Positions 1 through 9,964 are shown, counted from the first letter of the stretch. The stretch: 64,000 nucleotides of DNA from Congzhengia sp. (GCA_045545755.1 JAZQBQ010000047.1:16007-80006); one strand, 5' to 3'. The notes: generated from the sequence alone by a model not told the origin. A program made the numbers and translations.

Positions 1-708
1 TGCCACAGTGAACTTTTCGGTAATCTCATTCAAGAGGTTACTTGCAACCACTGGGTCTTCAATATCGTAGTAGTTGGCACTTGCCTTACCACCCTTTGTC
101 TTTGCGTACTTCTTGATTGTTGTTACAACCGCCTGCTTATCATCGGGATTAACCTCTAAATGAGCAGTTACAATCTGGTGAATTTGCTCAACGATCTGTT
201 CAGCAATTGCTCTATCTTCAGCATTTTCAGCCTCTTTCTGAGCGCTTCTCCAGTTGTCAGGATCATCGTCGGATGTTGCTACATTGAAGTACTTGAGCAT
301 AAAGTATCTGGATGCGTATGACAAACCAGAACCAAATGCTTGGCTCGCATCGGACTGTTGTCCAACCATAGCCCACGGAACTACAACTCTGTCGGCAGGA
401 TTTTCGTTGTTAACCCAATGCCATTCCATATCGCAACTTACAAGGATCTCGTTAACTCGTTCCTCATAAATCTCGCCGGTCTTTGTAGATTTTGTCTTGG
501 TGTAGCCATAAGGCTCGACTTTCATCGTGCCCTGAGAAATGTTAGGCACAAGGGAAACACCAAGCTTACCCATAAGACCAGTGATTTTGGAAAGAATGAC
601 ATCTTCGGTTACATACTTATATCCGTAACCAGACTTGTTCTTTTGCAAAACCTCTACGGGTTTGCGGATTTTGGCAAGCTTCTGATAAATGTTCATTGTC
701 TCTGCCAT
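1..708 (-). CDS. ERF-family single-strand annealing protein (3' end runs off the window)
   Basis: Not in the ORF track. Hand translation from ATG at 708 gives MAETMNIYQKLAKIRK..NKSGYGYKYV and later GQQSDASQAFGSGLSYASRYFMLKYFNVATSDDDPD, the ERF signature. GGAGG RBS upstream. Confidence 0.85.
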   Translation of the reverse strand, partial: MAETMNIYQKLAKIRKPVEVLQKNKSGYGYKYVTEDVILSKITGLMGKLGVSLVPNISQGTMKVEPYGYTKTKSTKTGEIYEERVNEILVSCDMEWHWVNNENPADRVVVPWAMVGQQSDASQAFGSGLSYASRYFMLKYFNVATSDDDPDNWRSAQKEAENAEDRAIAEQIVEQIHQIVTAHLEVNPDDKQAVVTTIKKYAKTKGGKASANYYDIEDPVVASNLLNEITEKFTVA

Positions 709-721
709 AAAAACCTCCCTG

Positions 722-743
722 TTATTCTTTATAATTGTATTGA
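722..743 (-). promoter_or_regulatory. Conserved 22-bp phage operator/promoter motif TCAATACAATTATAAAGAATAA
   Basis: Near-identical copies at 9866, 11398, 11447, 47652, 50641 and 54174. Confidence 0.7.
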
Positions 744-756
744 CGGAAAAAATTTT

Positions 757-1350
757 TTACTCGCTCGTTCTGCTCTCAAGCAGATAGGTTGCTTCCATAT
801 CTGCAAGATGTAGCATCGGGGCGAGAGGACACATTTCATAAGCCTTACTCATACCGAAGTCTCCGCCTTTTACGATAGCATCAAAACCACCCATATGATA
901 ACGGATAGCTAATAGCTCGTCAGTAGATAAGCGCTTTAAGAACCACTGAATGATAATACAGCTTTTCTCGCCGTGTCCCATAGGAAATTTCTCGTCAATT
1001 TCATAAACTTCTTTCTTGTACCACTGACCTGTGTCGTCGTCTTTAACATTACGGAAACCAATCTTATAACAATTGGCTTTACACAAATCGTGGAACAACG
1101 CTACAATTGCGACTGTTTCATCGCTGATGTTTAACTCTGGATACTTCTCAACAACTTGTTTTAGACATTTGTAAACATTAAGTGAGTGTTCCACAAGACC
1201 ACCTGCATAAGAGCCGTGATACTTTGAGCTTGCCGGTGCGACGAAGAAATCACTTGCCTCAAGCCAATCAATCAACTCATTGATGCCGTCTCTTTGAATA
1301 GTGGTTTTGCAAATATCCAGAAACTCAGCTTTCAATTCTTGAATATCCAT
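757..1350 (-). CDS. HD-domain phosphohydrolase
   Basis: APAS..YHG..GGLVEHS, FHDLCK, MGHGEKS, IRYHMG and HLAD motifs. Confidence 0.85.
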   Translation of the reverse strand: MDIQELKAEFLDICKTTIQRDGINELIDWLEASDFFVAPASSKYHGSYAGGLVEHSLNVYKCLKQVVEKYPELNISDETVAIVALFHDLCKANCYKIGFRNVKDDDTGQWYKKEVYEIDEKFPMGHGEKSCIIIQWFLKRLSTDELLAIRYHMGGFDAIVKGGDFGMSKAYEMCPLAPMLHLADMEATYLLESRTSE

Positions 1351-1461
1351 TAAATACCTCTTATGATTAGTAAGTACAGAGTATTTGACTCAGCCGTGGA
1401 AAGAATGGATATTTCGCCATTCTTAACCACCGCTTAAATCGAAAATTTATAAAATCAGTCT

Positions 1462-1809
1462 TCATTCAGAGGTTAGACTGAATGCTCGGATATCGAAATT
1501 CTTGATTTCGTTACCCTCAAATTCATTAACCACGCCCTCAATTCCGCCTGCATACAACTTACCATCGACTGTTATATGGCAAGTCTGCGTATCAGGATCC
1601 CAACGAACTAAATGGCATTTGCCGGTCGTATTTCCGATTACCTTTGAAAAACCATCACTACTTAGTTTAATAGGAAGGTTTAGAGGAAGGGTACTAACCG
1701 CTGCCATCACAGCTTCTTCGGTAAAAATCGTACCGTTTTTGTTGGGTTTACCATACGGAATTGTAAATGTGAGTTTAACATCCGTCATTTCCATAATGTT
1801 AATCCTCAA
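1462..1809 (-). CDS. Hypothetical protein (weak resemblance to prohead protease N-terminus)
   Basis: ORF overlapping the upstream stop; PNKNGTIFTEEAV..LPI segment. Confidence 0.55.
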   Translation of the reverse strand: MRINIMEMTDVKLTFTIPYGKPNKNGTIFTEEAVMAAVSTLPLNLPIKLSSDGFSKVIGNTTGKCHLVRWDPDTQTCHITVDGKLYAGGIEGVVNEFEGNEIKNFDIRAFSLTSE

Positions 1810-2596
1810 TAACCAAGCAATTGACTAACCCTGAATGAGCCGTACACGCATCAATTGCAATAATGTTCTTTCCTTGGAATGGAGAGAAATCTGCATCACT
1901 GTCAAACTCGCTACCCTTGTTTTCGAGTCTTGAATGACCATAGGAAGTATGCCAATGACCACAGACAATCTGTTTACCTCGTTCAACGACATCGTGTAAT
2001 TCTGCCAATTCCATACCGTTAAACCATCTTGCGTTATCCCAATCTTTCTTTCTGGCATTTCGCCAGTCGGGATTGAACTTGTAATGACGGTTTCGACGAT
2101 ACCAAGCAGGCATATCCTCTGTAATACAGGGGATCCAACCGTGAACAAAGATGTAGTTATCGGTTTCAAAGTAATCTACGCTTGCCGGAATTAACTCCTT
2201 GTAGAAACCTGATTCCATAACCTTATATATAAACTCCTGCGTGTTGCGGAGAGCGTTGTTTTCTTCCATACGGCTAAGTTGTAAGGCAGTATCCCAAGTG
2301 CCGTTACTGTTGTGGTGAGAGGCTCCCAGAGAGATTTCCCAACGGTAGTCCTCAAACCTATTCAACATTTCAATCATTAAGTCTTCGTGATTACCTCTGA
2401 CAAAGATCAGCTCGTCCTTATGTAGTAGGTCAAGCATAAACTCTTGCATTTCAAGAGCTTCTTCGCCTCTGTCGAGCATATCGCCGCATAGAATTAGTTT
2501 GTGTGGTTCCTTATCATCAAAGAAACCTTTTTCTTGTAAGGCTTGCTTCATCAAAGAGAAGTAGCCGTGAACATCAGATACAACATAATACTTCAT
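1799..2596 (-). CDS. Calcineurin-like metallophosphoesterase (Ser/Thr phosphatase-like)
   Basis: SDVHG, GDMLDRG, RGNHE, FVHG and GHWH motifs. Confidence 0.9.
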   Translation of the reverse strand: MKYYVVSDVHGYFSLMKQALQEKGFFDDKEPHKLILCGDMLDRGEEALEMQEFMLDLLHKDELIFVRGNHEDLMIEMLNRFEDYRWEISLGASHHNSNGTWDTALQLSRMEENNALRNTQEFIYKVMESGFYKELIPASVDYFETDNYIFVHGWIPCITEDMPAWYRRNRHYKFNPDWRNARKKDWDNARWFNGMELAELHDVVERGKQIVCGHWHTSYGHSRLENKGSEFDSDADFSPFQGKNIIAIDACTAHSGLVNCLVIED

Positions 2597-2618
2597 ATCG
2601 AATCCACATTCCTTTCAT

Positions 2619-3029
2619 TTATTGAGATATCCATTTTTGATTAGTTGTGAAATAGTACACTACTTCACCATTTTCCCATTTATCGGTAAATCTGAAGCTT
2701 ACAGATACTATAAAGTTCTTCTTGAGATACTCTTTTGTTTCTGCGTCCATTTCATCATCGGCAGGCAAACTGTCGAGATAATCACACCATTCAAGGAATA
2801 CCGCTGCACGCAGTAAAACCTTATCTTCTTTGGTAAGACTCGATGTGATATTGGGGTTCATCAGTTTCTGAATTTCCTGCTTGGGTTTGTAAAGTTTTTC
2901 ATACCATTCGGTAGCGCTCATTTCTTCTGGCTTATCTTTTGCCCAGTAAACTCTATCAAATAGGTTGTCTGCAAACTTTTCTAAAACTTCAGTAAAGTCA
3001 TTGTCGTTTACTGTGATACGGAAGATCAT
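2619..3029 (-). CDS. Hypothetical protein
   Basis: 136-aa ORF in a tightly packed minus-strand operon. Confidence 0.6.
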   Translation of the reverse strand: MIFRITVNDNDFTEVLEKFADNLFDRVYWAKDKPEEMSATEWYEKLYKPKQEIQKLMNPNITSSLTKEDKVLLRAAVFLEWCDYLDSLPADDEMDAETKEYLKKNFIVSVSFRFTDKWENGEVVYYFTTNQKWISQ

Positions 3030-3578
3030 TTATAACCACCTAACCTTAAATCCAAGTTGTTGTTTTTTCTGCCAAAACTTCCACCAAGGCTTCGGTTGGT
3101 AAATGATTTCTGTAACAATGTTATCGAGATTTCGATATTTATAGCCGAGAGTTACTTTCTCGGTGCCGTAAACCATAATCTCGTCGCCTTTGGAAAGAGG
3201 TCTTCCTCTGTAATAACCATTACCCAACTCCTCACCACGGCGTATGAATGTCAACATATCACTATCAACCTCTTGCAAATAACGCACTATTTTACCGTTG
3301 CGTTTTGCATATTCAATTTCTGACTTTGTTGATTCACCAATATATCCATTGACATTGATTACAAAAATTTCATCTGCCATATCAATTTTTCGCTTATGCA
3401 TATCATCAAGCATTTCTTTTGTGTCGTCAGTCCAAACCTCATTGTCTCCGGAGTGTCCGAACAGACCAACAGAAATTACGATGTTGCCTTGTAGCGTCAA
3501 ATCTTTTTGAGCCTTAATAAATTCTTCTTTGAATCGTGTGCTACCACATAGAGTTATGACTTTGTATTTTCCTACCAT
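3030..3578 (-). CDS. Nucleoside 2-deoxyribosyltransferase-like (DUF4406-like) domain protein
   Basis: ITLCGSTRF..KIDMADEIFVINVNGYIGESTKSEIEYA. Confidence 0.6.
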   Translation of the reverse strand: MVGKYKVITLCGSTRFKEEFIKAQKDLTLQGNIVISVGLFGHSGDNEVWTDDTKEMLDDMHKRKIDMADEIFVINVNGYIGESTKSEIEYAKRNGKIVRYLQEVDSDMLTFIRRGEELGNGYYRGRPLSKGDEIMVYGTEKVTLGYKYRNLDNIVTEIIYQPKPWWKFWQKKQQLGFKVRWL

Positions 3579-3784
3579 AACGACTCCTTATAAAACACGA
3601 ATTCTATATAACCGTCTTTCAGCTTGCATCAAGAATTTTCTCAAACTCAACTTTGTCAACGGCGGGAGGGTTCGGCATTTTCTTCTGTCCTTTCCTCAAT
3701 GCGTACCTCGCCGCCATTTCAATTCGTTCACTTGACCAGTCTGGATGCTTTGCTCTTATACGGCAATAGATCTTTCCAAAGACC

Positions 3785-4870
3785 TTATTCATCGTACTTT
3801 AACAGGAACTGAGGATCCACAGCCTTGAAGCTCTGCTTGCCGTCCTTGCTGCGGAAGACAATACCTTCACGCAAGGTTTCACCAAGCTGACTCTTACCGT
3901 GTGCATACTCAAGAACCTCGTTAACCGTATCAGGTAGTACATAATCGGTCGCAAGAATCGGTACGAAGTTCATTCCGTGCTGGTTGCAAATGCTCTTTGC
4001 CATCAAAGAGTCGAGACGACCGGTGGGGTAAATAAGGTTGAACGCATAGAAATCTGCATCGGTCACTTTGTACTTATTGCCCTGAACATTTGGTGCGATA
4101 CACTCGCCCTGTAGGGCAATCCACTCTCTTTCACCGATCATATTGCGAAGTGCGTTCTCAATCTGATACTTGTCGGAAACGCGCCAATATGAGGAATTAT
4201 CCTTTGAAAACAGGCGCAGATTACGAGAGCAGACAATGTATTCAAACTTGTCTTTTATGAATGGAATTCGTGATTTGTGACGCACTAAACAGAATGTGCC
4301 ACTCTGTCCGTCAACCTTTTCGGTTGCAATCCACTCACGCTTGTCTTTCAAAATGAAAGGCATATTCTGGATACGAGTTTCATCTGTCTTACTGATGAAG
4401 GTGGGGAAACCTTTGGACTGTTTTTTAGGAAGAACCAGTTTGCGGAACCAAGCCATACGCATTAAGAACTGAGGATACTTTTTCTTTGGAGCACTTGTGG
4501 TTTCCACAGGTTCTTTATCCATTGTTCTTTCGTACTGCTTAATGCCGATCACATCGGTAACATCTTCGTCAACCTCATATGTACCTTTGGCTTTTTCGGG
4601 GAGAATGCTAAGAGGGAAACAGATACCCTGTGAGATAACGCCTGCCATCTTCATTGTTTTGATACGGAAGTTGTTTTTGCGCAGGAAGTCAAACTCAGGC
4701 TTGTCAGGTAGTACAGAGTCAATTTCGACATACACACATTTGTCGCCGATGTTGAACTCGCCCTTCTTAACAATAACGCTCCAACCGTCAATCATAGCCA
4801 GAACAATTCTGTCCTTGCCCTCGATGGGCATAATGTCTGAGACTGTTTTTACGCTCGCTAATTTTCTCAT
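3785..4870 (-). CDS. ATP-dependent RNA ligase (Rnl2/DRB0094-like)
   Basis: N-terminal RKLASV OB-like domain, KTDETRIQN, motif I TEKVDG, QGE, REGIV, SFKAV. Confidence 0.88.
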   Translation of the reverse strand: MRKLASVKTVSDIMPIEGKDRIVLAMIDGWSVIVKKGEFNIGDKCVYVEIDSVLPDKPEFDFLRKNNFRIKTMKMAGVISQGICFPLSILPEKAKGTYEVDEDVTDVIGIKQYERTMDKEPVETTSAPKKKYPQFLMRMAWFRKLVLPKKQSKGFPTFISKTDETRIQNMPFILKDKREWIATEKVDGQSGTFCLVRHKSRIPFIKDKFEYIVCSRNLRLFSKDNSSYWRVSDKYQIENALRNMIGEREWIALQGECIAPNVQGNKYKVTDADFYAFNLIYPTGRLDSLMAKSICNQHGMNFVPILATDYVLPDTVNEVLEYAHGKSQLGETLREGIVFRSKDGKQSFKAVDPQFLLKYDE

Positions 4871-4881
4871 TGCTTACTCCT

Positions 4882-5180
4882 TTACTTACTGAATTGAATA
4901 CAGTAATCAACAATTCGTTGACGCTCCAGCTCGTCCTCAAAATCTCTCCAAGCTGTTGCGTTGTATTTATCTGTGACATCTCCTGTGATGTCGTATAATC
5001 GACCACCATAGCCAACCATAAAGTGATTGATTACTGGGTCATACATCATCTCTGCTTCTTGAAATCTTCCACAGAGAATGTAGGCAAACCAATAACAGCA
5101 ACCGCAGGTGAAAACCTCGTCAATATCATTGGTTTTGCTGATTTTGTGAAAGTGGGAAATGAAATCAAGAACCTCGTTCA
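4882..5180 (-). CDS. Hypothetical protein
   Basis: ORF with FTCGCCYWFA..NHF..LYDITG; start probably at MNEV. Confidence 0.55.
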
Positions 5181-5437
5181 TCTGTCCATTCCTCCAGATC
5201 CACATCCTTAAATCTGAGGTTCGTCTTATGTACAACATCAACACAACAGAATGGTTTGGTTAGGTAATATCCGATATTGTGTAACCACCACTCGATATAC
5301 ATAGAACGATAACCTCGGTTCAAGAGGATTTCTGGATCATCGGAATTGTAATCTCGTTTTGCTGCGTCTTTGATTTCTTTCTGCATAGACTTTATCAGCC
5401 AAACCTTGTAACTGTTTGTTATGTGCAGATTTTTCAT
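5165..5437 (-). CDS. Hypothetical protein
   Basis: ORF coupled to its neighbours. Confidence 0.55.
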   Translation of the reverse strand: MKNLHITNSYKVWLIKSMQKEIKDAAKRDYNSDDPEILLNRGYRSMYIEWWLHNIGYYLTKPFCCVDVVHKTNLRFKDVDLEEWTDERGS

Positions 5438-6012
5438 TCCTTGATACCCGTGATTTCTTCAAATGTGACGGGTTCGTAGTTGTGAACCATCGTGCCGACA
5501 TTAAACATATTGCAACGAATGTCGAGCTGTTCAAGTTCAAACTTGTAATTCTCGGTCATTTGCCACTCGTGAGAGTTATGTACATGACCGTAGAACATAA
5601 ATGCGCCATAGTGATGCCTGTTAAAGAACACAATCGGGTAATGACATAGTGTAATATGTTTGTTTCCCGGAAGAGTGATTTCCTTGTAATCCGTAATCTC
5701 TTCAAAGTAGTTCTTAATCTTGCCGTGAACTCTGTCGTGGTTGCCCTTAATAAGAACCTTACGACCATTCAACCTTGCAAAGATTGCACAGGTTTCTTCG
5801 TCGTTACCCCAACTAATATCACCCAAGATGTAAACCAAATCATCCTTTTTAACCTTGCGGTTCCAATTACGAATTAGCGTTTCATTCATTTCTTCAACGC
5901 TTGTAAAAGGACGGTTGTCAAAACGAATGATGTTCTTATGGAAGAAGTGTAAATCACTTGTGAAAAACACATTCATACCGAAATCCTCCTTTCTAATGAG
6001 CTTCCTTATCAC
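5434..6012 (-). CDS. Metallophosphoesterase
   Basis: TSDLHFFH, LGD, KGNHD, CHYP and GHVH motifs. Confidence 0.9.
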   Translation of the reverse strand: MIRKLIRKEDFGMNVFFTSDLHFFHKNIIRFDNRPFTSVEEMNETLIRNWNRKVKKDDLVYILGDISWGNDEETCAIFARLNGRKVLIKGNHDRVHGKIKNYFEEITDYKEITLPGNKHITLCHYPIVFFNRHHYGAFMFYGHVHNSHEWQMTENYKFELEQLDIRCNMFNVGTMVHNYEPVTFEEITGIKE

Positions 6013-6904
6013 AAGAATGTAATATCATCAAATCCTCGTAGAACTGGTCGCCGAATAACCTTTTGTATTTGTTATAGGTCTTTTCTTCTTTCCAGAAATA
6101 CGGTGCCATATGCCATTGGATATACGCTGCTCGTGAAATTGTGTGATACTTATCCTCGCGTCCTGAGAACAAGCTCAAATACGCTGAAACATTGTGGTGA
6201 TCGTAGTAGTGCGCTGTGCCTTCTTCATCGAATGACTGGGTGTAAAACTTTCCTAAATCGTGAAGTAGTGCGGCTTCTTGCAAACTTTCTACATTTGTTC
6301 GTCTGAGCATCAAGTCATAACACTTGCGCATATGGTCGCCAAGTGATAACTGATGATGCGGGTTCTTCTGGTCATACTCGAAAAGCATCGAGGTGCCGTC
6401 AAGTAAGTGATAAATGTCTGACCTATAAAGTTGGTGTATGTATTTCTTCTCGTCTTCTGGATAGCAAATTTCTATATCGTCCCAACCTTCATACCAGTAA
6501 GGCATATAGAAACCTCTAACCATTCGCCAGATAACATCTTTGCCAACCTGTCGGTCACGGTTAGCCTGCCTGTCAATGCACATCTGAATTGGCGTAGCCA
6601 TAACCACAGCAACTGCTTTCACATCGTAATGTGCTTTTAACTGCTGAAGCAAAACCCTACGGCGTTTATGATTGATATTGGTTGCGTCGTAGATAACTGA
6701 CTGACCATTGCTTAGTGCTTCACAGGTACGCTTGTACATAACCTCGAATACATCATTGTTCTTGGTTTGGTCTGATGCATCTCCAAGGATTTCTTCACGA
6801 ATAGCATCGGAAGAAAGAAGTACTGCGTTGTGTTCTTTTGCAAGAACCTTTGCTTTCTCGGTCTTTCCCGATCCGGGAATACCAATCATTTGAATGAATG
6901 TCAT
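5993..6904 (-). CDS. Polynucleotide kinase-like P-loop (AAA_33) fused to an HD domain
   Basis: GIPGSGKT, SSDAIR, DATN; C-terminal HH..L..H and LLHDLGK. Confidence 0.85.
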   Translation of the reverse strand: MTFIQMIGIPGSGKTEKAKVLAKEHNAVLLSSDAIREEILGDASDQTKNNDVFEVMYKRTCEALSNGQSVIYDATNINHKRRRVLLQQLKAHYDVKAVAVVMATPIQMCIDRQANRDRQVGKDVIWRMVRGFYMPYWYEGWDDIEICYPEDEKKYIHQLYRSDIYHLLDGTSMLFEYDQKNPHHQLSLGDHMRKCYDLMLRRTNVESLQEAALLHDLGKFYTQSFDEEGTAHYYDHHNVSAYLSLFSGREDKYHTISRAAYIQWHMAPYFWKEEKTYNKYKRLFGDQFYEDLMILHSCDKEAH

Positions 6905-6906
6905 AT

Positions 6907-7710
6907 CTAAACCCCCAATTCCAGAATAAACGATTTCTTCAATACACTAATGAGAACTTCGTTCATCAGCTCTTCAACAAACTTGTTGATAGCCAATGGG
7001 TTGCTTTCCATATATTCATTCTTGCGGCGAATGGTATCATCAAGTGTTGACTTGGCGATCTGACGAGCTTCTTCTAAGGTGTGGCAACCTCGCTTAACAT
7101 CAATGAGATATTCAGCTTTCTTGGAGGTCAGACAATCCTTATAAGACTCTCCGGCAATGTACCTAATCATAAATTCGTTCATTCTTAGAATGTGATGTAA
7201 CTGCTTGGGGTCGTATCCGAACTTCTCAATCTTCTCAACCAAAGTAGGATACGGGTGTTCAAGAGCCTTGTATTTTTCCATACACATACCAGCCATACAG
7301 TTGATAAATGCATAGTTGTTATACTTTGCAATAACCTCTGCGTTTTCAAGCATAGGCATATACAGCTCTTCAAACTCAGGATTGAATTTTCTGTATTGAG
7401 TAAACAAGATTTCCACGAAGTTCACATTCTGCTTCTTGAAGCAATCGAACATCAATCGGATATCTTTCAAGTCGATGTGTTCGTTTGATGGAAGAATAAG
7501 TGTTGTGCTTGTGGGTTTCTTGTTCAAACAGAAATCTTCAAATGAAGGAAGTACGATACATTTGGTGTCAATATCGCTCCCCTCGTAGGCTAAGCCATAA
7601 TTCTGAGAGCCTTGTAAAAAGACACCCAAAACCTTATATCCAAGGCTTTCAACATATTGATAATCGCTTTCAATACGCTGCTGTATCATAATCTCACTCT
7701 CCTCGTACAA
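6907..7710 (-). CDS. Nucleotidyltransferase (Pol-beta superfamily)
   Basis: GSQNYGLAYEGSDIDTK motif. Confidence 0.8.
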   Translation of the reverse strand: MYEESEIMIQQRIESDYQYVESLGYKVLGVFLQGSQNYGLAYEGSDIDTKCIVLPSFEDFCLNKKPTSTTLILPSNEHIDLKDIRLMFDCFKKQNVNFVEILFTQYRKFNPEFEELYMPMLENAEVIAKYNNYAFINCMAGMCMEKYKALEHPYPTLVEKIEKFGYDPKQLHHILRMNEFMIRYIAGESYKDCLTSKKAEYLIDVKRGCHTLEEARQIAKSTLDDTIRRKNEYMESNPLAINKFVEELMNEVLISVLKKSFILELGV

Positions 7711-8017
7711 GTTGTCCGCTTAAATATAGCGACTGTTTATAACGACGGTGTTCTCTCGTCGTCTTGGTGCGCTGTTCTTTTGTTGGCTGAAACTCTTTCC
7801 AGTTTTCCTTGCGGTACTCCTTGGCTTTCTCAGCACTATCGGGGTTAACGAGGAGCAATACTGTTTTCTTGCTCACTCCAAAAGCTGCGCCCAATTTACT
7901 TAAACTCCAATTGCCGGTTGCGTACATTTCTCTGATTTCTTCTTTCTGTTCGTCTGTCAGCTTACGGCGACGATCCTGAAGACCTTGCAACCGTATTGAT
8001 TCTGATATATACGGCAA
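7694..8017 (-). CDS. Helix-turn-helix DNA-binding protein
   Basis: KLTDEQKEEIR..SLSKLGAAFGVSKKTV. Confidence 0.7.
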   Translation of the reverse strand: MPYISESIRLQGLQDRRRKLTDEQKEEIREMYATGNWSLSKLGAAFGVSKKTVLLLVNPDSAEKAKEYRKENWKEFQPTKEQRTKTTREHRRYKQSLYLSGQLVRGE

Positions 8018-8032
8018 TTTTCTTTCTCCTTC

Positions 8033-8674
8033 TTAGGAAGCCGTAGCTGGTGTAGCCACGGCTTCTTCATCCTCGTCTTCGGGCGGTTCACAAACTTTGA
8101 GGAACTCGTCTTCGGACGGCAAATTAGATAGGTCAAATGAGGTAAGCAGTTTGACAGGATAATATGTATTGTTAGAACTGTACTTAACAAGAACTTCGGA
8201 ATAGAAACGCTCGGATTTATCAAGAGGCTTTTCATTGAAACCTTGGTAAACCTCAAATGTATTCTTGTCAAAGTCGATGACATAAGCCCACTCACAGAAA
8301 AGACTGTCTCTGGAGAAGTCATAATCATTACGCAACTTCACTCCGTTTGGTGCTGATGCAATAACCTTCAACACATCAGCGCCGGTATCTCTACTGAGCT
8401 GAGGATGTCTTTCAGAGAACTTATTGTAAATCTCGTAAGACACAGAACTGTTCTCACTAATGTTAACTCCAAACTCGCTCCAATACTTAGCGATGTCTTC
8501 TTCTGAAATCCAAGAGCACTTCGGTAGGTTCTCTTTGAACGCTACTAACTGATCGCTCTGGAGAAATCTCAGAATGCTTGAACCCTGTCCACTGGGATAA
8601 CCGTCCCACTGACCATATTGAGCAACCTTATATTCACCATTGCTCACAACACAAATTAAATGTCTTGTACCCAT
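8033..8674 (-). CDS. Conserved phage hypothetical protein
   Basis: MGTR..QYGQWDGYP..CEWAYVIDFD. Confidence 0.65.
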   Translation of the reverse strand: MGTRHLICVVSNGEYKVAQYGQWDGYPSGQGSSILRFLQSDQLVAFKENLPKCSWISEEDIAKYWSEFGVNISENSSVSYEIYNKFSERHPQLSRDTGADVLKVIASAPNGVKLRNDYDFSRDSLFCEWAYVIDFDKNTFEVYQGFNEKPLDKSERFYSEVLVKYSSNNTYYPVKLLTSFDLSNLPSEDEFLKVCEPPEDEDEEAVATPATAS

Positions 8675-8714
8675 ATTTACCTCTCATTTCGTTTATGAAA
8701 TAGTAGTTTTATAA

Positions 8715-8960
8715 TCATTTTTTATTTTTGAGATTTTGGTATCGTCTATTGTTGTATTCGGCTAAACCGACATACATCATTGCGATAAGCACAACACAAA
8801 TGTACCCAAACAGGGTAACACCTTTGATTGCACCAATCACGCCATCACCAATCAAGATAATCTCTAAAATGATTGCTAAAACAGTGTTCGGATTGTTTTT
8901 CAAATCCAACTTCTTAAAGAACTCTTTGATCTTTTTCATCTGTGAGTTTATGAAACACAA
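8715..8960 (-). CDS. Small membrane protein
   Basis: Two hydrophobic segments. Confidence 0.5.
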   Translation of the reverse strand: MCFINSQMKKIKEFFKKLDLKNNPNTVLAIILEIILIGDGVIGAIKGVTLFGYICVVLIAMMYVGLAEYNNRRYQNLKNKK

Positions 8961-9172
8961 AACTTTGAGATCTTAGAGTAGATATCGTTTTCAGAAACAC
9001 AGTAGAGGGAACTCCACTCAACTGTCGCCATAGCACCAAGTAGGCTTTTGCCGTTCACACAGAAACCTGTGTCATCGACTAACTTAACACTACCTGTTTC
9101 GCTTGTTGCGATGTTTACGAACTCAACAATATCTGCTGTTGTAACAAGCTCAATCTTATGTCTGTGCATCAT
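8948..9172 (-). CDS. HPr-like (PTS phosphocarrier fold) protein
   Basis: VNGKSLLG resembles the HPr Ser46 motif; 74 aa; no His15 equivalent. Confidence 0.65.
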   Translation of the reverse strand: MMHRHKIELVTTADIVEFVNIATSETGSVKLVDDTGFCVNGKSLLGAMATVEWSSLYCVSENDIYSKISKFCVS

Positions 9173-9191
9173 AATCCTCCTTTCGCTTGAA

Positions 9192-9854
9192 TTATGTATT
9201 ATCCTTAACCAGCACGGGTTGTAAAGCGTCGCTGAAAAGTTCCTTCAAAACCCTCGGCTCGTAAGCCTGCTCGTTAATTTCCTTAAAGGCGTTTTCAATA
9301 CCGCCATTTGCTATATCTGAATAACTCATACCAAGCACAGAATTTGCTTTCCATAATTCGTCTTTGTAGTATCTGCGCTTGATACGACGCTCTCTAATCA
9401 TTGCATAAAGCTTATATCCGTGTGCTGCATCACACTTGAAGAACTCACAAGCGTGTTCGCAATCACAAAGCTCAGCTTCAATCTGATTTAGCTTTGCGGA
9501 TAATCTCTCCTTGTACGCAATAATTTCTGAGAATGACTCCGTTATATTGCATCTGACTTTTTCCCAGTTGAAGTCTTCATCGGAAACCGCAGAGGTGTCG
9601 ATGTTCGCTCTAAACCTCTGTGTTGTGTTTACCGGTGGTTCTTCAACTTTTGCAGGCTCAACTTCGTAAGCGACTACTTTCCAACCATCTCTCTTTTTCT
9701 TAGACATTTGGGTGGTGAGAACTCTCCAAGCCTTACCTGAGTCGGAAAACCTTGCGGCTTTCTCTCGCCGATTGGTAATACACATTTTTCCAAGCTTATC
9801 GTATTGAATAAATCTGTCTGCGTCTGAAACGCTTGCGATAATAAACTCGGTCAA
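9192..9854 (-). CDS. Hypothetical coiled-coil protein
   Basis: ORF with RBS; DCEH..E..GYKLY..RERR..YEPRVLKELF. Confidence 0.6.
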   Translation of the reverse strand: MTEFIIASVSDADRFIQYDKLGKMCITNRREKAARFSDSGKAWRVLTTQMSKKKRDGWKVVAYEVEPAKVEEPPVNTTQRFRANIDTSAVSDEDFNWEKVRCNITESFSEIIAYKERLSAKLNQIEAELCDCEHACEFFKCDAAHGYKLYAMIRERRIKRRYYKDELWKANSVLGMSYSDIANGGIENAFKEINEQAYEPRVLKELFSDALQPVLVKDNT

Positions 9855-9865
9855 TGTTATTCTCC

Positions 9866-9887
9866 TTATTCTTTATAATTGTATTGA
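9866..9887 (-). promoter_or_regulatory. Conserved 22-bp phage operator/promoter motif
   Basis: Exact TCAATACAATTATAAAGAATAA on the minus strand, directly upstream of an RBS. Confidence 0.7.
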
Positions 9888-9964
9888 TGTATCGAAAAAG
9901 AACAAGGAGTTGATTTGTCTCCTTGTTCTTCGTAACGAAATTGTTTAGTTGTCAGAAATCTTAA

